Assembly: GCA_036648855.1 (NCBI GenBank)
Contig: JAVWCU010000001.1
Span: forward strand, 3,121 to 67,120
Direction: 5' to 3'
DNA from: Bacilli bacterium
GTDB lineage: Bacteria > Bacillota_I > Bacilli_A > RF39 > UBA660
Length of the DNA: 64,000 bases
How positions within the stretch are numbered: position 1 is the first letter of the stretch; the number at the start of each line of letters is the position of its first letter. The notes beneath the pieces are model-generated. The model was not told where the DNA came from, searched no databases, and saw only the letters and a program-made list of their open reading frames with translations. Positions 40,305 to 52,600 of this stretch are shown one piece after another. Both the position numbers and the translations under genes were made by a program.

Positions 40305-40973
40305 ATGAACGATTTAGAACTTCTATTAAAAGAGAAAGAAGAAACAAAAATCAAAACAAGTATGCCAACGTTCATAGATAATTGTGAAATACCTCATGGA
40401 GGAACAGCTGTTAATATGCAACGTGCTAACAAAGATGCTTCACTATATGACTTTTTAGACATGCTTGCTTTAATAACTGACTACTCTATGAAAAAACATG
40501 GGGTAGAATTTGTAACTGAAGACAAAGAACATAAGTTAACAGATCCTGAAATCCCTTTTAACCATCCTTATATTTCATATAGATTAATCTCAAGACGACC
40601 AATGAAAGAATACAAGCCTATAGCTAGAGAAGAAATTGTTGAATGTGATGAACATAACAAACAACGATTTGGAACTGTCTATGGACAAAAATTTGATTGC
40701 ATTGTTCAATTTAATGTCTTTGCGAGTGAAAATAGAGTCGCAAACAAAGTAATGGAAAGTTTTGAAGAGCTAATGATATCTTATGCTGGATACTTTAAAG
40801 AACAAGGTGTTAGAGACTTATACTTCAAAGAACAAGTAACTGATACTGACTATAATAACTTTAGAGAAACTTTATCTGTTAGAAATATTAGATATTATGT
40901 GCAGATAGAAAAATTAATGGTAATATTCAATAGAAGTATCTCTGATGTAGAAACATCTGGAGAAATAAACTAA
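40305..40973 (+). CDS. hypothetical tail-module protein (222 aa)
   Basis: ATG 40305 immediately after the upstream TAG. TAA stop. Confidence 0.5.
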   Translation: MNDLELLLKEKEETKIKTSMPTFIDNCEIPHGGTAVNMQRANKDASLYDFLDMLALITDYSMKKHGVEFVTEDKEHKLTDPEIPFNHPYISYRLISRRPMKEYKPIAREEIVECDEHNKQRFGTVYGQKFDCIVQFNVFASENRVANKVMESFEELMISYAGYFKEQGVRDLYFKEQVTDTDYNNFRETLSVRNIRYYVQIEKLMVIFNRSISDVETSGEIN

Positions 40974-41013
40974 AAAATAAAAAATCAATTCAATTTTGAG
41001 GAGGAATGCTTTT

Positions 41014-43854
41014 ATGGCAAATACAGGAATATTCGATAACGATTTAATCCTACCTGGTGTTATCACAGAAATAATACCAGATTATGCACAGGATTATGAT
41101 ACAAGTGCATTTGGTACTACAGAGTCAGTTACTATAATAGGGACGGCTTTTAATGGACCAGTTGGGGTAGTAGTTCCAATATATTCTCCAGAGCATGCTA
41201 AATACATATTTGGTGATTCATTTGATTCAGCTACAAGAAGAGAAGCTTCATTAGTAGCGGAAGTATATGATGCTTGGGACAAAGGATGCAGAACAATCTA
41301 CGCTGTTAGAGTTTCAGGTAAAGAAATATCTAAAGATTACAACTTCGCTACAGAAACAAAATTAAAGTTAAGAGTTAGTGGTATCTTCCCATCTAACGAC
41401 AATAAAGAAGTATTTATGAATTTCGTAACAACTCAAGGAGCTGGAAATGAAGTAGGTACTTTAAAGATTTACAAACCTTCTAGTAGAAGTAATATGAAAG
41501 AAAAAATGCAAGGTCTTGTTTTAAATCAAAACCAAATGCTTATAACTGATGTTAAGTTAGGTGGATATGGAATAACTAAAAACTCTAGATTAGTTGATGT
41601 TATAGATATCGTAAACAACATTGAAACAAACAACGTATTAAGACTTGCAATAGTAAATGAAGACGGTGCAGATGTTACTACTTCTTCTAAAGAAGCTCAA
41701 TCATTATCTGTTGGTGTAATGTTCCCAGGAATATATACAATAGGTAGAGATAAAGTAACAGAATCAGTTTTACCTAGAACAGATTTAAACTTTGTTTTAT
41801 CTAAAGATTCTAAACCTCATTCAAATTATCAAGATGCTGTATGGAGAGAATTAGTAGTAAACTCTAACGTTGCTGTTGGATATCCAATATACGCTAAGTC
41901 AAATGCAGAATTAAATGCTTTATTATCTGGAATATCTGTTGATAATGCTGGAGAATGGTTAAAGCCACTTGGAGTGCTTGATAAAGTAACCGTTAAAGAT
42001 GAAGTAGATTACGAAGAAGCAGAACTAGCTGAATTCGATTTATACAAAAGATTAGGTTCTGGATTTGCTCAAACTGCTCAAATAGTAGAAGTAAAAGGAA
42101 CTGATGGAGAAATCAAAGGATATAAAGTAGCAATACCAGATTCTAATGATCCAAATAGAGTATTAAATATACCAGATGGTGTTTACTCTATGTTAGAGAA
42201 CCATTCTACAGATTATACAGTAATGGCTAATGCTAATGCTGAAACAAAAATATCTGGTAGACTTCCAAGAAAAGAATCTTTCAAAAAGAGAAAAGCTGGA
42301 ACTATAGAATTAAAAGATGAATCAACTTCTGTGATAGAATTAACAGCTGAAATAAATGAAAAAGATTTTACAGATGCATTAAGTTACACTGTAGAAGTCA
42401 CTTCTTTAGAAAAAGGAATAGATGCTGCTGATATACTTAATAGTTTATCTACTGTAAACAAATATGAAAGAATAGTTGCTTCTACTGAAGAACAAGCAGT
42501 TAATTTAAAGTTAGCTGAAGGTACTAAAGTAATGATAACTAACGCTGAAGGTACAGAAGGTACTTATGCATTAAAAATCATAAAAGACAAAATATTAATT
42601 GAATCTGATGAAGAAAACTTCTTCATAATAGAAAAAGAAAACAAATTAATACCTGTTCACTTTAGTTCTTCTAAATATGAAAATCAAACAATAGAAGAAA
42701 ATAAAACAATAATCGGTACTAACTTTGAAACTGCTAATGTATATAAAGCTAAAGCAGATAGTTCATTAGAGCCTGTATGTATACTTGGGCAAGTATCTAT
42801 GTTAGATGCAGAAGAAGATTATACAGTGTGCTTCGTAGAAAGAGTTGCTAACAATGTAGCTGTTAAAATATTCTCTACTGAAACTCAATGGATGTCTTAC
42901 GATGAATTAGCTCAAAGATTAAATGAAGATGGGATATTCTCAGAATTATTTACTGCTGTAGCAATAACTCCAGATGTTGAAGTAGCAAAAGCTTTAACTG
43001 GAGAAGGAGAAGATAGATTAGAATCTTATTATGATACTGCTATGTATGTTCCTTATACTACTTCAGATAACTTTGCTAGACATTTAGCACAACATTGTTT
43101 ATACACTTCTCTTAAAACTTATCCAACTCACGGAATCATGGGATGTGCAAAATTAAATGGTGTAAACTTAACTACTGTAGCTGATAGAGTAAATCAAATA
43201 TTAGAACTTGATTTAGATTTATACGCTAAAAAAGGTAACGGAAATAATATGTTAAATAACAATAATGTTCCTCATCCAATAGGTAGATGTTTATCAATAC
43301 CATTTATGCAATATACAGTAACAACTGGTAATGGATATAACTATGTATCAAATGGAGCAGCAGGATACTCTGGAATGATTTCTACTTTACCAGCTGATAG
43401 ATCTTCAACTAACCAACCTATAAGAATAGGAAATATATCTTTCGAACTTTCTAACTATCAATTATCTAAATTAACTGGAAAAGGAATAGTAACTTGTAAA
43501 AAGACTACTCAAGGTTTAGTTATAACTGATGGTATAACTATGGCTCCAGTAGATTCAGCTTACAGAAGATTATCTACTACTAAAGTTATAAACATAGTTG
43601 ACAAGTCTTTAAGACAAGTTATAGATCCATTTATAGGACTTCAAGATAACCTAGCTACTAAAAACTCATTAAATACAGCTATAACTTCTGTACTTAATAA
43701 GTTAAAAGAAAGCTTAATCAAATACTATGATTTCAAAATAGTAACTGATCCAGCTTCTGAGAGATTAGGTATAATCAAAATCCAATATACTATAATCCCA
43801 ACAAATGAAATAAAAGAAGTTAGAAACACAGTTTCTGTTCAAGAGAACAACTAA
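41014..43854 (+). CDS. contractile tail sheath protein (946 aa)
   Basis: N-terminus LPGVITEI...FGTTESVTIIGTAFNGPVGVVVPIYSPEHAKYIFG...LVAEVYDAWDKGCRTIYAVRV follows the sheath N-domain pattern (compare T4 gp18 SPGIELKE...GKFQWGPAF...NTFG...DLRVVRAV). GAGGAGG RBS before ATG 41014. No TGA. Confidence 0.75.
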   Translation: MANTGIFDNDLILPGVITEIIPDYAQDYDTSAFGTTESVTIIGTAFNGPVGVVVPIYSPEHAKYIFGDSFDSATRREASLVAEVYDAWDKGCRTIYAVRVSGKEISKDYNFATETKLKLRVSGIFPSNDNKEVFMNFVTTQGAGNEVGTLKIYKPSSRSNMKEKMQGLVLNQNQMLITDVKLGGYGITKNSRLVDVIDIVNNIETNNVLRLAIVNEDGADVTTSSKEAQSLSVGVMFPGIYTIGRDKVTESVLPRTDLNFVLSKDSKPHSNYQDAVWRELVVNSNVAVGYPIYAKSNAELNALLSGISVDNAGEWLKPLGVLDKVTVKDEVDYEEAELAEFDLYKRLGSGFAQTAQIVEVKGTDGEIKGYKVAIPDSNDPNRVLNIPDGVYSMLENHSTDYTVMANANAETKISGRLPRKESFKKRKAGTIELKDESTSVIELTAEINEKDFTDALSYTVEVTSLEKGIDAADILNSLSTVNKYERIVASTEEQAVNLKLAEGTKVMITNAEGTEGTYALKIIKDKILIESDEENFFIIEKENKLIPVHFSSSKYENQTIEENKTIIGTNFETANVYKAKADSSLEPVCILGQVSMLDAEEDYTVCFVERVANNVAVKIFSTETQWMSYDELAQRLNEDGIFSELFTAVAITPDVEVAKALTGEGEDRLESYYDTAMYVPYTTSDNFARHLAQHCLYTSLKTYPTHGIMGCAKLNGVNLTTVADRVNQILELDLDLYAKKGNGNNMLNNNNVPHPIGRCLSIPFMQYTVTTGNGYNYVSNGAAGYSGMISTLPADRSSTNQPIRIGNISFELSNYQLSKLTGKGIVTCKKTTQGLVITDGITMAPVDSAYRRLSTTKVINIVDKSLRQVIDPFIGLQDNLATKNSLNTAITSVLNKLKESLIKYYDFKIVTDPASERLGIIKIQYTIIPTNEIKEVRNTVSVQENN

Positions 43855-43857
43855 TAG

Positions 43858-43886
43858 AAAGAGGCTATATGCCTCTTTCATATTCA
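43858..43886 (+). terminator. terminator hairpin AAAGAGGC-TATAT-GCCTCTTT followed by CATATTC
   Basis: read directly from the sequence. Confidence 0.5.
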
Positions 43887-43920
43887 AATAATAACTCAAA
43901 TAAAAGGAGGAATGTTCAAA

Positions 43921-44589
43921 ATGGCTAACAACATGTCTAGTGAACAATATACTAAAACGTATACTACTTTTGGTGGTAGTGATATAGTAGCTACTTTCAA
44001 TGGAAAAGTTATAGGTGAATTACAAGCAATCACTTATTCAATAACAAGAGAGAAGGTTCCTGTTTACACTATGGGTTCTGCAGAGCCAAGATCATTCTCA
44101 AGAGGAAAAAGAGGGATCGCAGGAAACTTAGTATTTGTAACTTTCAATAGAGATGCTTTACTTTCTGAATTAGCTGATGGACCATTAATACAAAAATATA
44201 AAGCTAATAACCAATTCACTCAAGGTGATAATGGAGCTGCTCAATTCATGTCAATAGAAGAGTGGGACGCTCATATGTCTTCTCTATCTGGTGGTGGAAA
44301 AAATAATGGAGATGGAACTACTGGTAAAAGTTTAAGTGACATGGTAAGTACATACAAAGCAAGATATGCTGATGAAATACTTCCATTTGATATAACTATC
44401 ACTTTCGCTAATGAATATGGTAACAAAGCTTCTACAGTATTATATGGTGTAGAATTATTAAATGAAGGAACAGGATACTCTATAGATGCTCCTACTTCAG
44501 AAAGAGCTTATACATTTGTTTGTAGATCAGTTGAAACTATGAAACCAATAAATGATGAATACAAAGGATTCATAAGCACTACTTGGTAA
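43921..44589 (+). CDS. tail tube protein (222 aa)
   Basis: directly downstream of the sheath gene. AAAGGAGG RBS. Followed by a strong terminator. N-terminal core is shared with the next two genes. No TGA. Confidence 0.6.
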   Translation: MANNMSSEQYTKTYTTFGGSDIVATFNGKVIGELQAITYSITREKVPVYTMGSAEPRSFSRGKRGIAGNLVFVTFNRDALLSELADGPLIQKYKANNQFTQGDNGAAQFMSIEEWDAHMSSLSGGGKNNGDGTTGKSLSDMVSTYKARYADEILPFDITITFANEYGNKASTVLYGVELLNEGTGYSIDAPTSERAYTFVCRSVETMKPINDEYKGFISTTW

Positions 44590-44598
44590 TAACCACAA

Positions 44599-44632
44599 GG
44601 AGAGGGAAAGAGATTTCTCTCTCTTTTTTATT
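44599..44632 (+). terminator. rho-independent terminator after the tube gene
   Basis: GGAGAGGGAAAGAG-ATTT-CTCTCTC followed by TTTTTTATT. Confidence 0.6.
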
Positions 44633-44675
44633 GCATATAATAAAAACATTAAACTTATACATAAAGGAGGACAAT

Positions 44676-47264
44676 ATGGCTACATTTAATTTAAATGGTT
44701 ATGATAGCTATTCTGGTTGCGATATCGTTGTTACTGCTAGACTAAATACTATAAGTGGTGGTAATGGCTCAGGAAAAGAAAAAGTATATACACTAGGCTC
44801 TATACAAACTCTTAGTATCTCCACACATCAAGATAAAAAACCTGTTAGAGTAATAGGAAGTGTAAATGCTCTTGATTATACAATGGGACAAAGAACAATA
44901 GCAGGTTCTTTAGTATTTGCTGTATTTGACCAACATTTTGCAACAGAGATGTTTAAAGACTTAGAAAAGATTACAGGTAAAACATTTTTCTTGCCAGATG
45001 AACTTCCAGCAATAGACTTAACAATTACTTTTGCTAATGAATATGGAAGAACATCTAGGATGGCTATATACGGAGTTAGAATAATTAATGAAGGGCAAGT
45101 AATGTCTATAAATGATTTATATACAGAAAACACTTATCAGTTTGTTGCTAACTCAATGGAGCCTTTAAAAAAGGGAACGCAAACAGGATCTAATTCAGAT
45201 AAGAATAAAGAAATACAAATAGCAACTAATTCTGATTTAGGAGATTCTAATCCTGTTTACAATGGAGAAGATATATTTACATATTCATTTGATAAAGATG
45301 AAAGCTCTTTAAAAAGAGTACTACTAAACGTAGATGTAGAGCAACCTACTTATGAAGGACAAGATGGTATTGCTAAATTTGGATTATCGCCTATTCAAAA
45401 AACAGGACTAGTAATTGTTTACAATCAACTTCAAGATAAAATAGAAACAGAGATATACATAACAAATGAACATACAAATATATATACAGTCTTATTAGAA
45501 CAAGGTTTATACTCTGCATGGTATGAAGACAATGGTCAAACTTTATCTAATACAGTAGTATTTTCTATAGATAAGGTAGGAAATTATAATATGAATTATG
45601 ATGATTCACCAATCATAGAAGATGTCAGTATTGATAAAATACAAATCTTATCCAACAATCCTTCTCATACAGCAGCGGTTTGTATTAATAATATATCCAA
45701 TAAATATTTAGAAATGGATTTATCATCTAGAAAATGTACATTTAAAAATCTAGAAGAAAATACAACTTATACTATTTATACTAAACATGAAAATTCGAAC
45801 TCTAAAAACATAATGTGTAAAACTTTAACAAAACAAGAAGAATATGTTACAGGTTTTAAAAGTTATGTTTATTATAATTCTAATTTATTATCTACAGATA
45901 TTGAAAACTACAAAGAAATATTAGATGAACTTAATAATGACCAAGAAGTATTATATACATTGTCAAAAAATAAATCTGATAAAGCTAAAGAAATTATATA
46001 TATGGCAACTAAATATAAAAATGAATTTAATAGAATCATTAATGAAGATAAAATTAATCTTATTCCAACTAAGAATTTAGATAATATATTTGGAAATACT
46101 TTTAAATTTAATAGTGGAGCATTAAAAGGAAATATATTTTCTGTTAAAAATAAAAAAGAATATTTTGTTTATTCAGAAAGTTATCCTATTGAAATAACTT
46201 ATAATGGAAAACAAAATTGGACATATAGTGCTACATCTATAGCTAACGATTATATAAAGTCTCCTAAATATGTTTATTATAATTTTGCTGAAAATGATAA
46301 AGCAAAAATAAGCAATTTATATGGAGAGGCTAATGTTTTAGATAAAATAGATTTAACAGACTATATTGCGAAAAATAGAAAATACTCAAATAATATATTA
46401 CAATGTTTAGCTGTTAAAGATAATAAGAATATAGATTTAAAATTATTAAAAGCTCCTCATGTAACATTAGATGAATATAGCAATATGATATTCGATGTAA
46501 ACTATAAAGACTTATTAGGAACAAGTAATAAAAACTACTTTATTTGTATATCCAATATTGCAGAATCTTTAGATAAAACATCATTTAGAAAAATTGGAAT
46601 AAAAGATAAAGATGAAAATATATTCGCAACTAAATATCTAACTGCTGCAAATCAAAATGATATTTTTGTAGTATGGATAGAAGATGAAAATAACAACATT
46701 ATATCAGACGTAGCTTTTTGTTCTATGTTAGAAGAAGTAGGAGATTTTAATATGACTCAAATTGAAAAAGCTATAGAAAAAATATTAGCACAAATGAGTT
46801 CATTCTCTTCTAAAAATAATATGTATGACATCATCTATTCTATAGCTAATGAAAATGTATCTATGAAAAACTTATATTATGAAATGGCAAAAACATTTAT
46901 AGACTTAAATATAACTAATTTAAATTCATCTTTATTTGACTTATTTAAAGTTAAATTTAATGAATACTATATAAATCAAGATAAGTATAGAAAAGTATTT
47001 TATAACAAAAATGAAAATAAAATAAGCTTTGAAACATTAAGTAAAAACGCACAATTAGTTAACATAAAGTTCAAACAAAATTATAATTATGAAATAGAAG
47101 TTAAAGATGAGCTTAGTACGACATTAGATACAGAATATGATTATCATTTAGTATATTTAATAGATAGTAATCCAATTATAAAATCTGGTTTTATATTTAT
47201 AGATTCTGGATACAAAGCTAATGCTCATAGTATTAGCATAGAGGAGGTAGAATGTAATGACTAA
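44676..47264 (+). CDS. tube-domain protein with ~670-aa C-terminal extension (862 aa)
   Basis: N-terminal 190 aa are paralogous to the tube protein (IDLTITFANEYGRTSRMAIYGVRIINEG versus FDITITFANEYGNKASTVLYGVELLNEG). AAAGGAGG 5 nt upstream of ATG 44676. No TGA. Confidence 0.55.
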   Translation: MATFNLNGYDSYSGCDIVVTARLNTISGGNGSGKEKVYTLGSIQTLSISTHQDKKPVRVIGSVNALDYTMGQRTIAGSLVFAVFDQHFATEMFKDLEKITGKTFFLPDELPAIDLTITFANEYGRTSRMAIYGVRIINEGQVMSINDLYTENTYQFVANSMEPLKKGTQTGSNSDKNKEIQIATNSDLGDSNPVYNGEDIFTYSFDKDESSLKRVLLNVDVEQPTYEGQDGIAKFGLSPIQKTGLVIVYNQLQDKIETEIYITNEHTNIYTVLLEQGLYSAWYEDNGQTLSNTVVFSIDKVGNYNMNYDDSPIIEDVSIDKIQILSNNPSHTAAVCINNISNKYLEMDLSSRKCTFKNLEENTTYTIYTKHENSNSKNIMCKTLTKQEEYVTGFKSYVYYNSNLLSTDIENYKEILDELNNDQEVLYTLSKNKSDKAKEIIYMATKYKNEFNRIINEDKINLIPTKNLDNIFGNTFKFNSGALKGNIFSVKNKKEYFVYSESYPIEITYNGKQNWTYSATSIANDYIKSPKYVYYNFAENDKAKISNLYGEANVLDKIDLTDYIAKNRKYSNNILQCLAVKDNKNIDLKLLKAPHVTLDEYSNMIFDVNYKDLLGTSNKNYFICISNIAESLDKTSFRKIGIKDKDENIFATKYLTAANQNDIFVVWIEDENNNIISDVAFCSMLEEVGDFNMTQIEKAIEKILAQMSSFSSKNNMYDIIYSIANENVSMKNLYYEMAKTFIDLNITNLNSSLFDLFKVKFNEYYINQDKYRKVFYNKNENKISFETLSKNAQLVNIKFKQNYNYEIEVKDELSTTLDTEYDYHLVYLIDSNPIIKSGFIFIDSGYKANAHSISIEEVECND

Positions 47265-48351
47265 ACCTTATTTTACTTATGGTGCTTCTGCTAGTGATAG
47301 AGATCTCATAACAAGTACGACTACTTATAGTGGAGTACATAAAAGATATTTCTCTTCTTTAGATGCAGAAGTATTTGCTGGAGAAGAAAGACTTTTAGAT
47401 ATAGTTAGAATAGATTTTTCATATGAAGAAAAGAAGCTACCTTATTATGGATTTAATAGTTTTGTTCCTTCAAAAATATTTGTAGGACAAAAGATAGTAC
47501 AAGGTACGTTTGTAATAAATTTCACAGAAGCAGGATATATGGCTAAGCTTCTTCAAAAAATAGATAAATCTGAATTATCAAGCGATTATGATTTAATAGG
47601 GCAGTCATGTAATAATGAAAATGCTCCACTGTTTGGAAAACAGTTTGATATATTAGTAGGTTATGGAGGACACAAAGTAGCTTCAGAAACTTCATTAAAT
47701 AGTACACATATGGTTATTCAAGGTGTTTGTATAAATGGATATCAACAAATATTAGATACATCCGGAGAGCCAGTAATGGAAGTATATAGCTTTATTGCAA
47801 AAGCTATCAAATTTGATGGATTTAAATATCCTGAAAAACAAGATACTCCTATTATTAATGAAGATAATAGTGATGATACAGATAAGAATAAAGAATGAAT
47901 TTATGAAATAGTAGAAAAGAGTGACGCTCATTCAGTTAAGGAACTTAAAGAAAAATGTGCTAAAGATGAAAAAATATTAGGAATAGTAGTAGATGTTTCT
48001 CATAGTTTACATAAAAATAAAAACGATAAAGAATCGCATATATATGTTGATTTTGTAGAACAATTTAATGCTACTAATAAATCTAATGTTAATGGTACGG
48101 TTACTCTACATATATCAGACCATGAAGTAGCTATACACCAGCCATTAGAAATGAAGAAAACTACAGGAACTGATGGACATTATGGAAGAAGAATGAATAG
48201 TAGTGATACTGCAAAAATCAAAAAGAAATTAGATGTGAATTCTAAAAAAATAGTATCTTGTAATCTTAAATTTAATCTAATATTAAATGGAGAAATAGCT
48301 AAAGAAGAAAAAAGTTTTAATTGTGGTATGAGAAGAGGACTTAATTATTAG
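47257..48351 (+). CDS. third tube-like paralog (364 aa); one in-frame TGA (47896)
   Basis: fragments 47257..47898 and 48151..48351 share a frame. All 84 intervening codons were checked, with no TAA/TAG. Confidence 0.5.
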
Positions 48352-48389
48352 TCATATAATAAAAATAAAAACATAACGGAGGTAACAAC

Positions 48390-48812
48390 ATGAAAAAAGA
48401 AACAACTAAAAAAACAGAAGAAACTTTAAAAGAGTTAAATACAATAGCAAAAAAAGCTGTTAAGAAAATAGAAGAACAAGAAGTTATTTTAGCTAAAGAA
48501 AAAACAATAGAAAAGATAGCAGAAGACTTAAAAAAGGAACATAAAGAAGTATATATAACTGATATAGCAGGACTTCAAATAGTTTGGAGAAAATTAAAAA
48601 GAAGTGAATACAAAGAATTAATGACAACTACATTTGATGAAAATGAAGAATTACAATTCTTAGAAAAGCAAGATTTTGTTGCTAAGAAAGTTATCTTATT
48701 CCCAGAAAACGTAGAAGAATTAATAGAAGAGTATGCAGGTATTGCAGATTTAATAGCTACAGAGTCAATGGTTAAAACAGGATTTGGATTAACAAATACA
48801 AGAGCTGTGTAA
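48390..48812 (+). CDS. putative tail assembly chaperone (140 aa)
   Basis: position between tube genes and tape measure. Acidic, helical. ACGGAGGT RBS. Confidence 0.35.
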   Translation: MKKETTKKTEETLKELNTIAKKAVKKIEEQEVILAKEKTIEKIAEDLKKEHKEVYITDIAGLQIVWRKLKRSEYKELMTTTFDENEELQFLEKQDFVAKKVILFPENVEELIEEYAGIADLIATESMVKTGFGLTNTRAV

Positions 48813-48813
48813 T

Positions 48814-49599
48814 ATGAGAATATCAAAGCATATAGAAAATCCAAAAACAGAAGCCGACTTCGATTTAATAATTAAGCAGATGTTCGCTGAATATGGCAAC
48901 ATTTGCTTTGGTGAATACAATGATGAAATATATATTTATAAATTATTAAACAGAAAGGCTTATAAGAATTTAATTTCAAATCCTAATTTAACCCAAATAG
49001 AAAAAGAAGACGAAGTATGTAAAGAATGTATATTATGGCCTAGAGACTTTAACCCAGATGTATGTGATGCTGGTTTGCCTACTCATTTATTTGAGCAAAT
49101 AATGACTAACTCTTTTTTAACTGGTGTTGATGATATGATAACATTAATAGAGGTATCGAGAGAAGAAGCTGATAATTTAGATTCACAAATGAGTTGCATT
49201 ATAAACGAAGCTTTTCCTAATTATTCTATAGAAGAAATAGAAGAGTGGGATATGATTAAGTTTTGTAAAATGTTTACAAAAGCAGAATGAAAATTAAAAA
49301 GCTTAAGAAGTTTGACTTTTGAAACAGATATGCTTGATTTCTTAAAAGAAATGACTCATGAAGATGAGTCTGTAAAGCAAGAAGCTACAAAACAAGAAGA
49401 AACAAAAGAAGTTCAACAACCTACAAGCAATTCTAAAAAAGTAAAAGTAGGTTCAAAAGAAATGACTCCCGAAGAATATAAGCAATATCAAGATATACAA
49501 AGAATGTTTCCAGATATAGATTGGGGAGCAGATGCAATGTATACAGGTTATGAAACTCAAACTATAAGTTCAGTACCTACTCCACTTAGAGTAAAATAA
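48814..49599 (+). CDS. hypothetical protein (261 aa), possible second tail chaperone; one in-frame TGA (49288)
   Basis: fragments 48814..49290 and 49312..49599 share a frame; the gap was checked. Confidence 0.4.
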
Positions 49600-49624
49600 A
49601 TAAAATACAAGAAGGTGAATTGAT

Positions 49625-52600
49625 TTGGCTAAAAAAAGAAGAGATAAAGAACGAGACCCCTCTTCAATAGAACAAGTTGCCAAAGTTGGAAAAGCTGCAT
49701 TATCTTTAGGGATTGGTGCAGCTTCTTTTACTAAAAAGGGATATGCTAGAAAACTTACTAGTGAAGTAGCACCAGCTTTAATTGGTACAACTAGAGCTAT
49801 TAAAAAAGATGTGCGTAACATTCGTTCAACTAAAAAAGGCATAAGCAAAAGATTAGATATCAAAGATTTAGAAAGCGTTTATAAAAGTCATTTAAAAGAA
49901 AATAAAACTTTTAAAAAACAATTAAAAGAAAACGCAATTGGTAAAAAGAAAAATGTTAAATTAAATATTGATGGTAAAAATAAATCTATCTTTGGTCAAT
50001 ACATAAACTATCAACAAGTAGTTAGTAATGAACTTAGAAGAACTTCTAGAGATTTGTATAGAGGTAAAAAAGAAACAGATTTTATAAATAATCAATTAAC
50101 AGGTTTATTTAAAAATAAAAATACTGACCATTTAAGAGAAGCTGCTTTTGATGCATTTGCTAAAATAGAAGAATTTACAACTGTTAATTCCAAGGGCGAG
50201 AAATTCTTTTCTCCTTTCATAGATGATAGTATTAAAAGATTAGATTTTGACAAAAAAGAAAGACAAATATTCTTAGAAAAAATATGAAATGAAAAAGAAA
50301 AAATTATCAAAGATTCGAAAGAAGAGCAGAAATACTCTGGCATAGAAAAGAATATTAAAAAGTTACTTGAAGAAAAACTTATGAAAAGTAAAAAGCAATC
50401 TGATACAACTTTTGGAAAGCTATCATCATTAGTAAAAAAAGTAACAAATAAAGACGTAGATTTAGAAATGGAAATATTGAATTCTCGTGGATTAACAGTA
50501 GGAGAATTCTTAGAAACTATAAATGATTCTAAAAATAAAGATATGTTTGATATGTCTCAATTTAATGTTAAATTAAAAAATAATGTTGGTAACAAAAATA
50601 ATAAGTATCAAGAAAAAAATATTATTGAAGAATTGACAGAATATGTAAGAAAAAATGAAGATTTCAAAAATGTATTAGTTGATGATTCATTAAGAATCGG
50701 TAGAGATGGACAAATATTTGATACTAATGATATGGATAATTTAAATGCAGCTATGTATAGAAAGTTTTCATCTTCTACTTTAGGCTCATTATTTTGGCAA
50801 ACAGATGTTAGATTAGGAAGAGAAACTCCGATACTTGCTCATGTTAGAGCAGGGCTTACAGGATCAGAAGCTGTTTATGAAGCTGGTAATAAAGGAGAAA
50901 CTTTACTTAAAGAAGGTAAAGTCATGTTAGCTAATGGTAGAACTAGATCAGCTGATTTATATGAAGTTAAATTAAACAGCAATGACGAATTAGTTTTAGA
51001 TATGAATCCTTTATCTGTTGATGGTTATATAAAAAATAATAAACATGGTAAAATGTCTAGAGCAAATAGAGAAGTAGTAGGTTCTAATAGAGATCCACTA
51101 GCAGCTATAGACGATGAATTTTTACAGCTACTTGATATAGGACAATCAGGCTCTCCAACATTAGCAGATAAATTAAAATCTAGATTTTCAAAAGGAAGCA
51201 ATTCTGATTGAATTAAAAATATTATAGATAGAACAAAGTCATTAGTTAACGATGATATGTCTGTTCAAGAAAGAATAGATATAACTGCTAAAAACAAATT
51301 AGCAGGTTCATTAACGAATGACGACTATGCAAATCAAATACTATATGAAGAATCTAGAGCAACTATAGCTGCACAATTACTTAAAGATACTAAAGAAGTA
51401 TCGTCTTTATTAAATGATTATACAGCTATGCACCAAATAGATTCTAATACTATAACTTCTTTACTAAATTCAACTATAGCAAATGATAATGGAGAAATCA
51501 CTAACTTAATTAAAGATGAACACTCAAGAAGAATATTACAAGCTTTAAGTAGCTTAGATGATATGAATACATCTCCTATGAATATCTTATCAGCGATATC
51601 TGCGAAAGAAGGCTCTTTCACTTTTGAAAAACTTTACAATAAAGATTTAGAGAATATCATAAATAGAGGACTTGTAAATACAGACCATATTATTCATATG
51701 CAAAATATTTCTCAACTTAAATGGGCAAGTTTCATTAATAATGAAGCAACTAATGTTATGGAAATAAAAGATATTATTAGAAGAGAAAGTATGAAAGAAG
51801 TATTACTAAGAGAAACTGCTGGAGGCATGGGAGTAACTGGAGATGTTATTTTTAATTCTGAAAGTATTAGTAGTTTAGAGAAAATACTATCTCATGAGAA
51901 CTTAACAAAAGAACAAGCTAATAATTTAAGATACGTAGCAAACTGGGGAGTAATGCAAAGTTCTTTAGGTATGTACAACGATACAGATGCTACTTTAAAC
52001 CTTTTAGATATTATGGGACCAGATGGTACAATAACTAAATTTGAAAACTTAATGAAAACTAATCCTAACTTTAAAGCAGAGTATAAAAGAATGTTAGATG
52101 ATATGTCATCAAATTATAATATATTTGATGCTGGAACTATAGGAAATATAAATGAAAACTATGCAGATGAATTTGCTAACTTTACATATAGTAAAAAATC
52201 AGCTCTGCATATTGATAACATATTGAATATAAATTCTATAAATGATGCTATCAAGTTAGCTGGTCAAGCTAAAAATGAAATCTTAGCTGGAAGACATGAC
52301 CTTGAAAATTATACTACATTAACTCAAATACCACAGTTTATGGTATCAAGACTTTCATGGGGATTAGAAGATTTAGGCTTAGGCTTTTCTAATAAAAGCA
52401 CAAGTTCTACTTTAGAACAAATAAAATCAATTGCTTTAAAAAGAGTTTTACCTGTAGCAGCAGCATTGAGCATATATGATTATATGGATTATGAATCAGA
52501 AAACTTTACAGGTGTATCTATGACAGGAGCAGCAGCTAATACTTTATCAAATTTTGACATAGCTTCTAGAAAATTAGCTTATTCAACTGGAGTAGGACAA

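Noticed and set aside
44583-44675. ORF-track N-terminal extension of the 862-aa gene starting at 44583 (MVITTRRGKEISLSF...)
   Set aside because: The extension runs through the tube-gene terminator hairpin. ATG 44676 has a perfect AAAGGAGG RBS 5 nt upstream.
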